From assembly GCF_018977255.1 (NCBI RefSeq), contig NW_024704742.1:130450001-130514000 (forward strand): 64,000 bases of DNA. The letters are read 5' to 3'. Origin of the DNA: Callorhinchus milii (Eukaryota). Shown piece after piece: positions 11,304 to 22,328 of the stretch. The position numbers and the translations under genes were made by a program. Each line of letters opens with the position of its first letter. Within the stretch, counting starts at the first letter, position 1. The notes beneath the pieces were generated by a model that was not told the origin of the DNA, made no database searches, and saw only the letters and a list, made by a program, of their open reading frames with translations.

Positions 11304-12133
11304 CCCCCCACTCCTCTCTCCGCCCCCTTCCTCCTCTCTCCTCTCTCCCCCCTCCCCCACTCCTCTCTCCCCCCTCCCCCCTCCTCTCTCCGCCCCCCTC
11401 CCCCACTCTCCTCTCTCCCCCCTCCCCCACTCCTCTCTCCCCCTCCCCCCTCCTCTCTCCGCCCCCCTCCTCCTCTCTCCTCTCTCCCCCTCCCCCACTC
11501 CTCTCTCCCCCTCCCCCTCCTCTCTCCGCCCCCCTCCTCCTCTCTCCTCTCTCCCCCTCCCCCACTCCTCTCTCCCCCCTCCCCCACTCCTCTCTCCCCC
11601 CTCCCCCACTCCTCTCTCCCCCCTCCCCACTCCTCTCCCCCACTCCTCTCTCCCCCTCCCCCACTCCTCTCTCCCCCTCCCCCTCCTCTCTCCGCCCCCT
11701 CCTCCTCTCTCCTCTCTCCCCCCTCCCCCACTCCTCTCTCCCCCCTCCCCACTCCTCTCTCCCCCCTCCCCCACTCCTCTCTCCCCCACTCCTCTCTCCC
11801 CCCTCCCCCCTCCTCTCTCCCCACTCCTCTCTCCCCCACTCCTCTCTCCCCCCTCCCCCCTCCTCTCTCCCCCCTCCCCCACTCCTCTCCCCCCTCCCCC
11901 ACTCCTCTCTCCCCCCCTTCCTCTCCCCCACTCCTCTCTCCCCCCTCCTCTCTCCCCCTCCCCCACTCCTCTCTCCCCCCCCTTCCTCTCCCCACTCCTC
12001 TCTCCCCCTCCTCTCTCCCCCCTCCCCCACTCCTCTCCTCTCCCCACTCCTCTCCCCCTCCCCACTCCCTCCCCTCCCCTCCTCTCTCCTCCCCCCTCCT
12101 CTCTCCCCCTTCCCCTCCCCCACTCCTCTCCTC
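11304..12133. repeat. Polypyrimidine/polypurine minisatellite (variants of CCCCACTCCTCTCTCCCCCCT)
   Basis: About 830 bp of almost pure C/T on the + strand; source of the spurious Pro/Ser and Gly/Glu/Arg ORFs. Confidence 0.95.
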
Positions 12134-12260
12134 CGCCACAAAAAGTGCCGTAAAGCAGGCGACGCTGTCCTAAAACTGTCGTGAGGAGCAGCGGCGGAAG
12201 TGACGTCAAACGAGTTCCGGTCCCGGAGACTCAGCGAGAGGGGCAGCGTGTCTGACACCG
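12134..12260 (+). promoter_or_regulatory. NOL6 core promoter with ETS-CRE composite site
   Basis: CpG-rich unique island; GCGGAAGTGACGTCA at 12194-12208 (overlapping ETS and full CRE) plus a TTCCGG ETS site near 12215; about 1.1 kb upstream of the NOL6 ATG. Confidence 0.65.
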
Positions 12261-13260
12261 AGAGAGAGAGAGAGAGTGTGAGAGAGACACAGAGAGAGAG
12301 AGAGAGTGTGAGAGACACACAGAGAGAGAGAGAGAGCAGAGTGTGTGTGTGAGAGAGAGTGTGAGAAGACACAGAGAGGGGGGGAGGCTGCTCGCCCGGC
12401 GGCAGCGTGAGCTCAGAGCCGACACCCACACGTGTGTGAGAGAGACAGAGAGAGAGAGAGAGACAGTGACAGAGAGGCCCCCCCACCACACACACACACA
12501 GAGACAGACAGAGAGCCCCCCCCCCACACAGACACACACACACACACAGACAGTGACAGAGAGGCCCACACACACACAGAGACAGACAGAGAGCCCCCCC
12601 CCCCCCACACACAGACACAGAGACAGACAGAGAGCCCCCCCCCCCCCACACACAGACACACACACACACAGAGACAGTGACAGAGAGGCCCCCCACCCCC
12701 CCCCCCCACACACACACACAGACAGTGACAGAGAGGCCCCCACACACACACACACAGAGACAGTGACAGAGAGGCCCCCCACACACAGACATACACACAC
12801 ACACAGATACAGTGACAGAGAGCCCCCCCCCCCACACACACACAGTGACAGAGAGGCCCCCCCCCACACACACACACACACACACAGACAGTGACAGAGA
12901 GGCCCCCCCAGACACACAGAGACAGTGACAGAGAGCCCCCCCCACACACACACACACAGACAGTGACAGAGAGGCCCCACACACACACACACAGAGACAG
13001 TGACAGAGAGCCCCCCCACACACACACACACAGAGACAGTGACAGAGAGCCCCCCCCCACACACACACACAGACAGTGACAGAGAGGCCCCACACACACA
13101 CACACAGAGACAGTGACAGAGAGCCCCCCCCACACACACACACACAGAGACAGTGACAGAGAGCCCCCCCCACACACACACACACAGACAGTGACAGAGA
13201 GGCCCCACACACACACACAGAGTGAGTGAGTGAGTGAGACAGTGTGTGTGACAGAGAGAG
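12260..13260. repeat. Compound minisatellite: ACAGAGACAGTGACAGAGAGG-C(n)-(CA)n units plus GA/GT tracts
   Basis: Many ~35-45 bp units with variable C-run and CA-run length. Confidence 0.95.
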
Positions 13261-13313
13261 TGTGAGAGGGGCAGCACCAGACCCTGCACCACAGTCAGGC
13301 AGGGAGAGAGGGA

Positions 13314-13361
13314 ATGAAGAGAAAACTCAAGGAGATCTCTCCGCAAGGTGCTGAGCAGGAG
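13314..13361 (+). CDS. NOL6: NOL6 coding exon 1
   Basis: MKRKLKEISPQGAEQE|gtaggg; phase 0 into exon 2. Poorly conserved N-terminus, so less certain. Confidence 0.65.
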
Positions 13362-14432
13362 GTAGGGTGTCCATCTGCCACTCTTCAACTGCTCTTATGT
13401 GGCCTTTTTTTGTGGTTGTGTGTGTGTGTGTGTATGTGGTGTGTATGTGCTTGTCTTGTCTGTTTCAGTGTAGTGGCTGATCTTTGGGGCCCTGTTCTTC
13501 TGGGTGGTTCACAAGGCTCAGAGCCCATCCAATTGCTTGGGACACAAATACATGGTCCCATGAGCACATTTAAAACATGTGAGGCAGTACATTTCTCAGT
13601 TGTTGCTTAAGGACTACAGGAGTCTTCAGACTACCTCTGCAATCACTCCCGGATGCAGGTTCTCTGCTGTTCATTGTGAAAAGTTGTAATAATAATAATT
13701 TTTACATTTGATAAAGTGCCTTTCACGTGGGAAAGGATGTCTGTATTTGTAGGTGAATGTGGCAGCCAGTTTGCATACAGCAATATCCCTTAAACAGCTG
13801 TGAATGACCAATTTTATCTACGTGACTGTTGGCCAGGACAACAGGAGAAATTTTTTTCTCTTTTTAAACTTGCCATGGGATCTTTAAAGTCCACCAACAC
13901 AGACAGATGGGACCTCTGTTTCAACGACTCATCTGAAGGATGGCACATCTAGCAATGCAGCATTCCTCACGCACTGACTGACAAGCAAACCTTTTCCCCA
14001 CCAGATAGAAATGTTAACAACAACAAATTACATTTGTATAGCGCCTTTCACATCAGAAGGACATCCAAAAGCGCAGGACAGTCAGGGATCTGCACCTGAA
14101 GTGGTGGTTGGGATCAGGACGGGTGGAGGGCGGGAAGCGAAGGGGTAGGAGACGGACCGAAGGTATGGTTGAAGAGGAAGGTTTGAGACTGTCTTGAAGG
14201 AGGCAAGGGAGGGGGCGTAGCCGAGGGACTGTGGAATGGAGTTCCAGAGGATGGGGGCAGAGAGGCTGAAGGTCCGCCTGCCAATGGTGGGGCCGGGCAA
14301 GGCTTAAGAGCTTTCCCGTCCCCTCTGTTTTCAACTCCCCTACCCCAGATTCCCAGTTGGCTGTGGGAAGGAGCTTTGAGATGACATCCCGAGGTGAAAG
14401 GCTGCCTGAATGTGAAATTATTTTTGTTAAAG

Positions 14433-14636
14433 GTAATTGAAGAGGAAGATGAAGAGGACAAAGAAGAAGAGAGGAAATCTCAAAAGAAGAGAAAAGAGAA
14501 GCAGACGCCAGATGCCGGAGTGATAACAGTTGTTAAGATGAACAAGAAGGATCTGTACAAGCCACCGACCAATGAAGAACTCAATGAGCTGAAGGAGACT
14601 GAGAGCCTCTTCCACTCCAATCTGTTGCGGATGCAG
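14433..14636 (+). CDS. NOL6: NOL6 exon 2
   Basis: VIEEE...LYKPPTNEELNELKETESLFHSNLLRMQ; AG/GT borders; matches the NOL6/Utp22 N-terminal motif. Confidence 0.92.
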
Positions 14637-14999
14637 GTAATGCTTGTCCATTGCAATTTCTGTGTGTTTCTGGCCTTTGAATGTTTGCCAAAGTAGTCTG
14701 AAAATACAAATCCTTTCTTTCTCTCCCCGCCCCCCCCAACACCACCAAGTTGAAGCACTAAAGTATGATGGTTGAAGGGCTCTTGCATCTTATGTGCAAA
14801 GCAAAGTTTTGTAGGACCATTTGCTAATTAATGCAGTGGGCTGTTGGTGATGTTTTTAAGGGGAAAAACAAAAGCCACTTATTTCTAAACCATTTCATCA
14901 TGAAAGACGTAAACCACGTACAGCTTATTAAAAGCAACATTTAAATAAAAATGTTGCCACTTGAAGGCTCAAGTTTTTCCTTTAATATTCTTTACAGCA

Positions 15000-15740
15000 A
15001 CAATTTACACTTATACAGTGCCTTTCACAATGGGAAAATGTCTCAAAGTGCTTTGTAAAGACTGAGCTTCGAGAAACCTGAGATGGGGGTTGGGTGGGTT
15101 GAGGGGAGATGACCGAAAGCACAGTTGAGATGCAAGTCTTGTGGCAGGATTTGGAAGCAGAGAGGGAAAGGACAAGATGGAGGGATTACAGGAGAGGGTA
15201 GAGGGCAAAGTGCTGAGGTATGAAACAAGCTGGAGCAGGGCCACAGAAGATTGCAGAGAGATGATGGTGCAAAGCCATGGAAGCTTTTGATGGTAAGGAT
15301 ATTAAAGTAATGAGGGATAGAGGGCTGGTGCAGCCAGGAGAGGATGGGGGTAATGGGGATCACAGAGGCTAGTGTGGGAGAGGATAATAATAATAATCCT
15401 TGCATTTTATATAGCACTTTATCATGTTGTCGAGATGTCTCAAAGTGCTTCACAAGATATACTGTCAAGTGGAATGACTGCGTGCTCTGTGGGCGAAGGT
15501 GGCAAGTATGGGAGAGGATGGGGGTAATGGGGTCACATTGGCTGTTGTGGGAGAGGATGAGGGTAGTGGAGTTCTGGGTAGTTTGGAGGTTGTTGAGGGA
15601 GGATCTGGGGATGCTGGTTAACAGTACATTGGAAGAATCTAATCTGAAGGTGGGAAAGGCATGGGTGAGGGGTTCTGCAGTATTAGGGGTAACATAGTGG
15701 TGGTGTTGGGTGATGTGGAGATGGAAGAAAGTAGACATTT
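15000..15740 (-). mobile_element. Degenerate L2 LINE 3' fragment with nested SINE tail
   Basis: AEPLTHAF..RLDSSN..LQTTQNS..PITPILS motifs, interrupted at ~15385-15500 by a SINE tail. Confidence 0.7.
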
Positions 15741-17035
15741 TTAAAAAAAAAGCTCAAGATTTATAGGAAGTGAATGGAAAAAAATGAAAGACAAAATCAG
15801 CAAGTAAGTCACCAAACAGCAACAACAAGATTACATTTGTATAGCGCCTTTCACGTCGGGAGGACGTCCCAAGGTGGGGGGAATTATAGGCCATGTTGAG
15901 TCTGTTGGTCTCTGCCAGGCTTGCATGTGGAGGCTAAATTTGCCCTGGATTCCCAGGGTTAGGGAGCGGAAAACTGTATTGATGAATGGCATGCTGTAGG
16001 CTCAGTTGCAATGTGGCCTGTTATTAAGCATTTGTTTATTTAAAAAGGAACACATGTAAACCTGACTTGGTGACTTCAGGGAATGTAGATGGAATCAGAA
16101 TGTTACTGGCTGAGGAATGGCAAACTGGACCCTCCCTGCAGCTCATTTAATTAAAAATGTTAATATAAGTCTAGTTAAATCCTCCTATTGTTACCAAAAT
16201 GTTCTGTGCTGCTGCTGGGTATGGGTGCAAATAGTTTTAATTTATTTCTTAGACATTTTAGACACTGCTCATTCCAGGAACCCTCCGGTTTATGCTTAAA
16301 ACGCATATTGGGATTTATTTCTATACAATTTATTTTTTTGTATACCAACAAATATCCTTGCATTTGATATAGCGACTTTTAAATCGGGAGGACTTTGAGG
16401 TACCTCAAAGGATTGCTGTAAAGTGTAATGACTATTTTGTAGGCCAAACACAGCAGCCAATTTATTCACGGGAATGTCCCACAAACCACTATAAAGTGGA
16501 TGATCAATTTTGTGTGTGGGGGTGGGGATGGGGGGGATTTGTTGGCCAGGACACCAGGAGAATTTCTCTTGTCTCCTTGAGTAACGCCAAGGGATCTATA
16601 ACATCCACCTGCACAAGCAGACAGAACATTGGTTTCATGTCTCACACTAAGCGCAGCACCTCCCAATGATGCAGCACATGCATTGGAGGTTTAGCATAGA
16701 CTATGTGAGTTCAGTGTCCTGATGTCTTGAACTCAAAACCTTCTGACACAGAGAATTGTTATCAATTCAGCCAGGCTACACACCTGCATAATTCTGCCAT
16801 GGACACTACCTCTTGCTGTGTGAGACCAAAATGAAAGGAGTCTGATTTTTCTTCCCCCGCCCGCATCATCTCTTTGATGATATTTTGACTCCTTTAGGTC
16901 TCCACACGGGAACAGTTCCACAGGCACTGACCGCCCACTGGTAACTCCCTGGAGTGGTAATTAATCATATGTCCAGTTAGACAGCGAATCTGCCTGTGCC
17001 TCAATAACTCCAGCTTGCGCCATCCTTGCCCGTCT

Positions 17036-17350
17036 TAATAATAATAATAATAATAATCCTTGAATTGATATAGCGCTTTTCAAGTCTTCTGGATGTCTCA
17101 AAGCACTTCACAGAAGTGTAAAGTGAATTGACTGCATTTTTGTGGGCGAACCGCGGCAGCCAATTGCGCACAGCAGCGTCCCACAAACAGTCATGGATTG
17201 AAGTGACCAAATTATTATTTTTTTTTCTTGAGGGATTATTATCAGGCAAATGGAGTAAGGAAGCTTGGCCAACATTTCGGCCTGTCTGGAATCAAACCCA
17301 GGTCTCTCACTTGTGAGGCGAGTGCTCTAACCACTGAGCTACAGGACTCC
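17036..17350 (-). mobile_element. tRNA-headed SINE, full-length copy
   Basis: Highly similar to 6479-6789 along its whole length. Confidence 0.85.
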
Positions 17351-19641
17351 ACAGATCTCTCGCTCTTAAATATCCCTATGGATTCCACCTCTACAACATT
17401 CTGGGGCAGTGCATTCCACGTGAATCCAGAACAATAGTTCTGCAACTTGGGGAAGTCTTCAGATTGCACCTGAGGATCTTCCTCCTAGACCATGCCTATT
17501 GTCACCATCCTTCCGTCCCCACAGCTCAGTGTCAAACTTCCCCAATGTTAAGATCTCTGAGATGCTACGCCGGTGGAGTGCACTATATAACTGCAATTTG
17601 TTGTTGATTATTGGGAGGCCATTCAGATGAAGGGCCTGACCCTCACTTCACCAGAAACTTGAACCAGTTCATAGTCTCCACCTTAAGACCATTGTCTTTA
17701 AAATTTAAAGTCAGCATAATGGCTTCCAAAGTAAGAATACATTTGAGAGTTTTTCCAAAAATCTTTAGATTTTAAGAAGCTGGTTTTAAGGCTCATATCA
17801 TGAGGTATTTCAGGCCTCCGACATTCAAACCTACCAGAAGGGGTCTTTGGGTAGTTGTGGGAATCCTGTGATTTTTTTTCTCTCTCCTCACTTCCCCAAG
17901 TTGCAGAACTATTGTTCTGGATTCACGTGGAATGCACTGCCCCAGAATGTTGTAGAGGTGGAATCCGTAGGGATATTTAAGAATGAAAGAGAGATATTTG
18001 AGTAATGGATGTACGAAAGGGTATGGTGAACAGGTAGAACATTGGAATTAAAAGATCGGGCCAATATCTATTACAGTGATAGAACAGGCTCGATGGGCTG
18101 AATGACCTCCTCGTTCCTGGTTTTCTGTGTGTGTGTGTTATTGAGTTATGGAAATAAAAACTGACAATAGCAGTTTGACTTTGTATTCACTTGGGTTACA
18201 TGGAGATCGAGATGATCTGATGAATTTCATACTTGCATTTTACTGTGACGAGTTGAAGAGCAGTTTGTCCTCACAAGGCTGGCCTGAATGTTACAAGCTG
18301 ACAGCTCCTCAATTTTATAAATAATACACCTTGAATCTCTTCTGTTTTCTCTGCATGACACAATTCCACCTTTAGCGGAGGGGCTAGCTAACTCAGGTTG
18401 TGTGCTTTTGTGTGTGACCCTCTCAATGTCTCTCCCTGTATGTGTGTTGTGTGTTGGTTTATGCATCCATGTTGTGTGTGTGTGTATGTGAGAGTGCCTT
18501 CCTGCTGTGGGATAGCATGTCTTTGTGACACCTTTCTGTAGCACTGAACAACAGCACAGCTGAGATCAGTGAATTGATGGAGGGAGTTTGGGTTGTGGGG
18601 GGCGGACATCCTTTGCTTTCCATCGCCAACCTCAGGTTTTTAATTAAGCTCTTTTCTCAACAAATTGATTTTTGGAGCCTTTTTGTGATAACTGACTGTA
18701 ACTTACAGGTGGCCACAGCACTTTCAAGCTGCTATTTTCTCTCTCACTGTCTTTTGGAGTCACGTGTGATCCATGTCCCCTCACCTGGTTTATAAATAAT
18801 TCTGTCAGAGATGTATTTCCATTGATCTGAAAGAAGAGACCATCTGTTTAATCCATGTGGTGAAAATACGAATATTCATGGAAATCACAGTGTGAGTGTG
18901 ACTTCATATCCAATCTCAACACCTCGTGCCCTCGGCAGGAGAGATGACAGTGTGATCTTTATGCCTGAGGGGAGGTGCGATAGTTGGGCTGTACAGTCAG
19001 ATGGTGTGGGTTTATATACAAAACTTTAAAAAAATCAAACTAATATATTTGGCAACGGAATGTCAGAATTGAGTCCACCCTCTGTGATGGTCTCGGTCGT
19101 CCAGTTCCTGAGCCAGGTGCGTCCGCAGTACTCTAGGGCACTGCTTATGAAAGCACATCCAGCTGGGCTCATCGGCAGGACTTGGAAGGGCAAACCAGTC
19201 ACTGGAAGCAGGGATTTTTCCCACTTAGCTCTTTTTAACCATGCAAGGCAAAGATCAAACGGGTTGGGTAGTCCTAGCTGGACAAGCAGTGAGAAGGATT
19301 GCCAGACAGTGCTTTCAATGGTAATGACAAGCTGTGCGGTTTTAGCTGGTTAGACTGAGGCAGTAGCCCAGCGCACACTATTGGGCTCCCAAGCGTTTTC
19401 TCTTGCCAACCTGCACCTAATATTCTGGAATTGGGTAAGAAGGATGTATCCCTCCAAGGAGAGTGCAAATTCCACATCAATAAATATCTTGAGGATTTCC
19501 ATGTATAGGTGGAATGCATCGAATTCTCAGTTTGGTTTGGATACTCTTAAGAATGGTGATGGGTTTCTGCATATGTCAGACACCCAGTGGTCCAAAAAAA
19601 TATAATGTATAACGCTTATAATGTATTTTTGAAACTTGCAG

Positions 19642-19758
19642 ATTGAGGAACTTCTGAAAGAAGTGAAATTGAAAGAAAAGAAACGCAAGGCCATTGATGA
19701 CTTCCTCCACAAAGTGAACAGACTTCTTGCCAACATCCCAGAAACACAGCAAGTTGAT
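19642..19758 (+). CDS. NOL6: NOL6 exon 3
   Basis: IEELLKEVKLKEKKRKAIDDFLHKVNRLLANIPETQQVD; ttgcag| ... |gtaagg. Confidence 0.93.
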
Positions 19759-20889
19759 GTAAGGGGTTTAATTTTTTTTTAATATTTGAAATATGCTGTG
19801 CTGAGACTGAATAGATATTTGTGATAGAGAATGCTTAATTTTGTACATATGCAATAGCAATTTGTATACGTTGTATTTACCACCAAAATACAATGAGTTC
19901 ACATTGTACCTTTTGCATAAAAGAATGTCTCAACAATAACTTCCATTTATAGTGGGTAGAATAATGCTTGGGAACATTTTACAGTGATGGGGTTAGATAT
20001 CGAGCAAGTTGGCCTGTGGGTTGGGGGGCGCGGTGATCACAGATGAGTTTGAAAAGGTAAGTTTTAACCTGGGATTTATGGATTGAGATAAATGCAAGGG
20101 GTCCATTGCATCTTTACCTACTTGCTCATCGTGCGGTTTTCCATTTTCACTGAAGACTTTAACTCTTCAATCCCACTTGTGGTCATCTCCCATTTCTTCT
20201 CGTCTCGGCATCAGGTACCCCGTTGTTCAGCACTCTGATGCTGCCCTGCGTGAGGGTCACAAGTTGTGGTCGTTTCACTCAATGTCAATATGTAGTGTTC
20301 AAGAACAGGTTACTTTGTGTAGCGTTTTGTTCATTGATAAGTCATCAGGCCAAAACGACTATTGCCCCCTTTATTTAATAGACGTCAATTCATCACTGAC
20401 TAACTTCCAGCCATTTTTCGCCTTGCTCTTCTTGAATTCCATCCAGTTCCTCTGATTCCTTCCTCTCCATTCTTTCCACATGTTCAAAGCTCACCTCAAG
20501 ATTTACCTCTTTGACCATACTTTTGGTATATTTCCCCCTCCCCATCCTCTTCAGCTCCCACTTTGCCAGCTCGAATTCCCAGTCAGCAGTGTGAAGTCAG
20601 ACATCCTCCTAATGTAAAAGGCACCACATAAATGTAAATTGTGATTTGTTTGGGTATTAAATAGCTCAATTCCTGAGGAGGGAGTTGCATTTACTGAATA
20701 AGAAGGGAGTTTCTCCCGATGTCCGAGCCAACATTTTCCCCAAAATAAAATTGTGGGACATTGCTGTGTATAAATGAGCAAATGAGCTACCGAGTTTGTC
20801 TACAAAGACACAATCACCCCCACTTTGCAGTAAATCATGTGAACCATAGAAATTCAGAGCACAGAAGAAGGGCATTCAGCACATTGTCT

Positions 20890-21940
20890 GTGCTGGCTCT
20901 TTTTAGATTCATATGATGTTACAGCACAGGAGGCCATTCGGCCCATCGAGTCTGCCGCCTCTTTTGACAGAGCAAGTCACTTTCACTAACCCCAATCACC
21001 AGCTTTCTCCCCATAACCCTGCAAACTCGTCTTCCCCAGAGACCTATCCAGTTCTCTCTTAAAAGCTGTTATCGAATCGGACTTCACTGCCCTTTCAGGC
21101 AGATCATTCCAAATTCGAACAACTCGCTGAGCGAAAACATTTCTTCTAACCTCGCCTCTGCTTCTTTTGGTAGATATCTTAAGACTGTGACCGCAGGTCA
21201 CAGACACACCTCCCAACAGAAACAGCTTTTCCTTATCGAGCCTGTCGAAACCTTTCATGATCTTGAAGACCTCTATCAGGTCCCCGCGTAACCTTCTCTG
21301 CTCTAATGGGAAAAGTCCTAACTTCTCCAGCCTGTCCTCATAGCTAAGGTTCCCCATTCCTGGTATCATTCTCGTGAATCTCTTCGGCACCCTTTCCAGT
21401 GCCTCAAAATCCTTCCTAAGAACCGGAAGCAGTACTCCAGCTGAGGCCTAACCAGTGTTTTGTATAGATTAACCATAACCTCCCTACTCTTATACTCTAT
21501 GCCCCTACTAATAAAGCTCAGTACACCAAATGCCTTTTCACTGCCTTATCAACGTGCAACGCTAACTTTAATTATTCACTTCTTGAACAACCAGATATCT
21601 CAGTACGTTCACCCTCCTTAAGATTGATCTACCAATTCTATATTGCCTCCTCTCATTTTTCCTACCGAAGTGTATCAACTCACACTTATCGACATTGAAA
21701 TCCATCTGCCACATGTCAGAACTTTCCACCATTGTTGTGTATGTCTGCTTGCAGTTGGTTACAGTCCTCCTCACTATTTACTACCCTACCTAACTTTGTA
21801 TCATCTGCAAACTTGGAAATAGTGCTCTCTATGCCCAAGTCCAGATCATTAATATATATTAGAAAGAGCAGTGGTCCCAATACCGATCCCTGGGGGACAC
21901 CGCTGCACACCTCCTTCCATTTCGAGAAAGAACAATCCTT
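20890..21940 (-). mobile_element. CR1 LINE 3' fragment (RT remnant)
   Basis: [31 protein letters not shown] and LSYEDRLEKLGLFPLEQRRLRGDLIEVFKIMKG; frameshifted. Confidence 0.9.
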
Positions 21941-22241
21941 ACAGTCCCATTTACTAAAAGTGTTTTGAAATGTCCTCCCGATATGAAAGGTGCTGGACCA
22001 AAATCATTATTCTGCTCAATAATGTAAGTGTGCGGTGAAGAGCTCGGAGTAGGGATTGGAGTTGCTGAGCTCTAGTGGATAAATTAGCACTATTAGAGGC
22101 TAGATGGGCCAAGTGGCCTCCTCCTATGCTGTAATTTCTGTGATTCTAAAACAGACTCACTGAAGAGGAGCCAATCCTAAATTTGGACTGTGGAGCGTTC
22201 CTGATTGATGTTAATAATTATTGTTTGCGCAGCGCTGTGAG

Positions 22242-22328
22242 GAGCTGCTTCTGATGAATAATTTAAGGTCGGTATCGGCCAGCTGGGACAAACCTGAGCG
22301 ATTGATATATTCTTTCTGAAGTGGGCTC
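22242..22328 (+). ncRNA. Candidate intronic box C/D snoRNA
   Basis: TGATGA 22252-57, CTGA 22294-97 (D'), CTGA 22316-19 (D), terminal stem gagctgct/agtgggctc; sense strand in NOL6 intron 3. No target identified. Confidence 0.35.

Noticed and set aside
11232..13388. Long ORFs of 267-650 aa (Gly/Glu/Arg-, Pro/Ser- and Cys/Val-rich)
   Set aside because: Translations of stop-free minisatellites.
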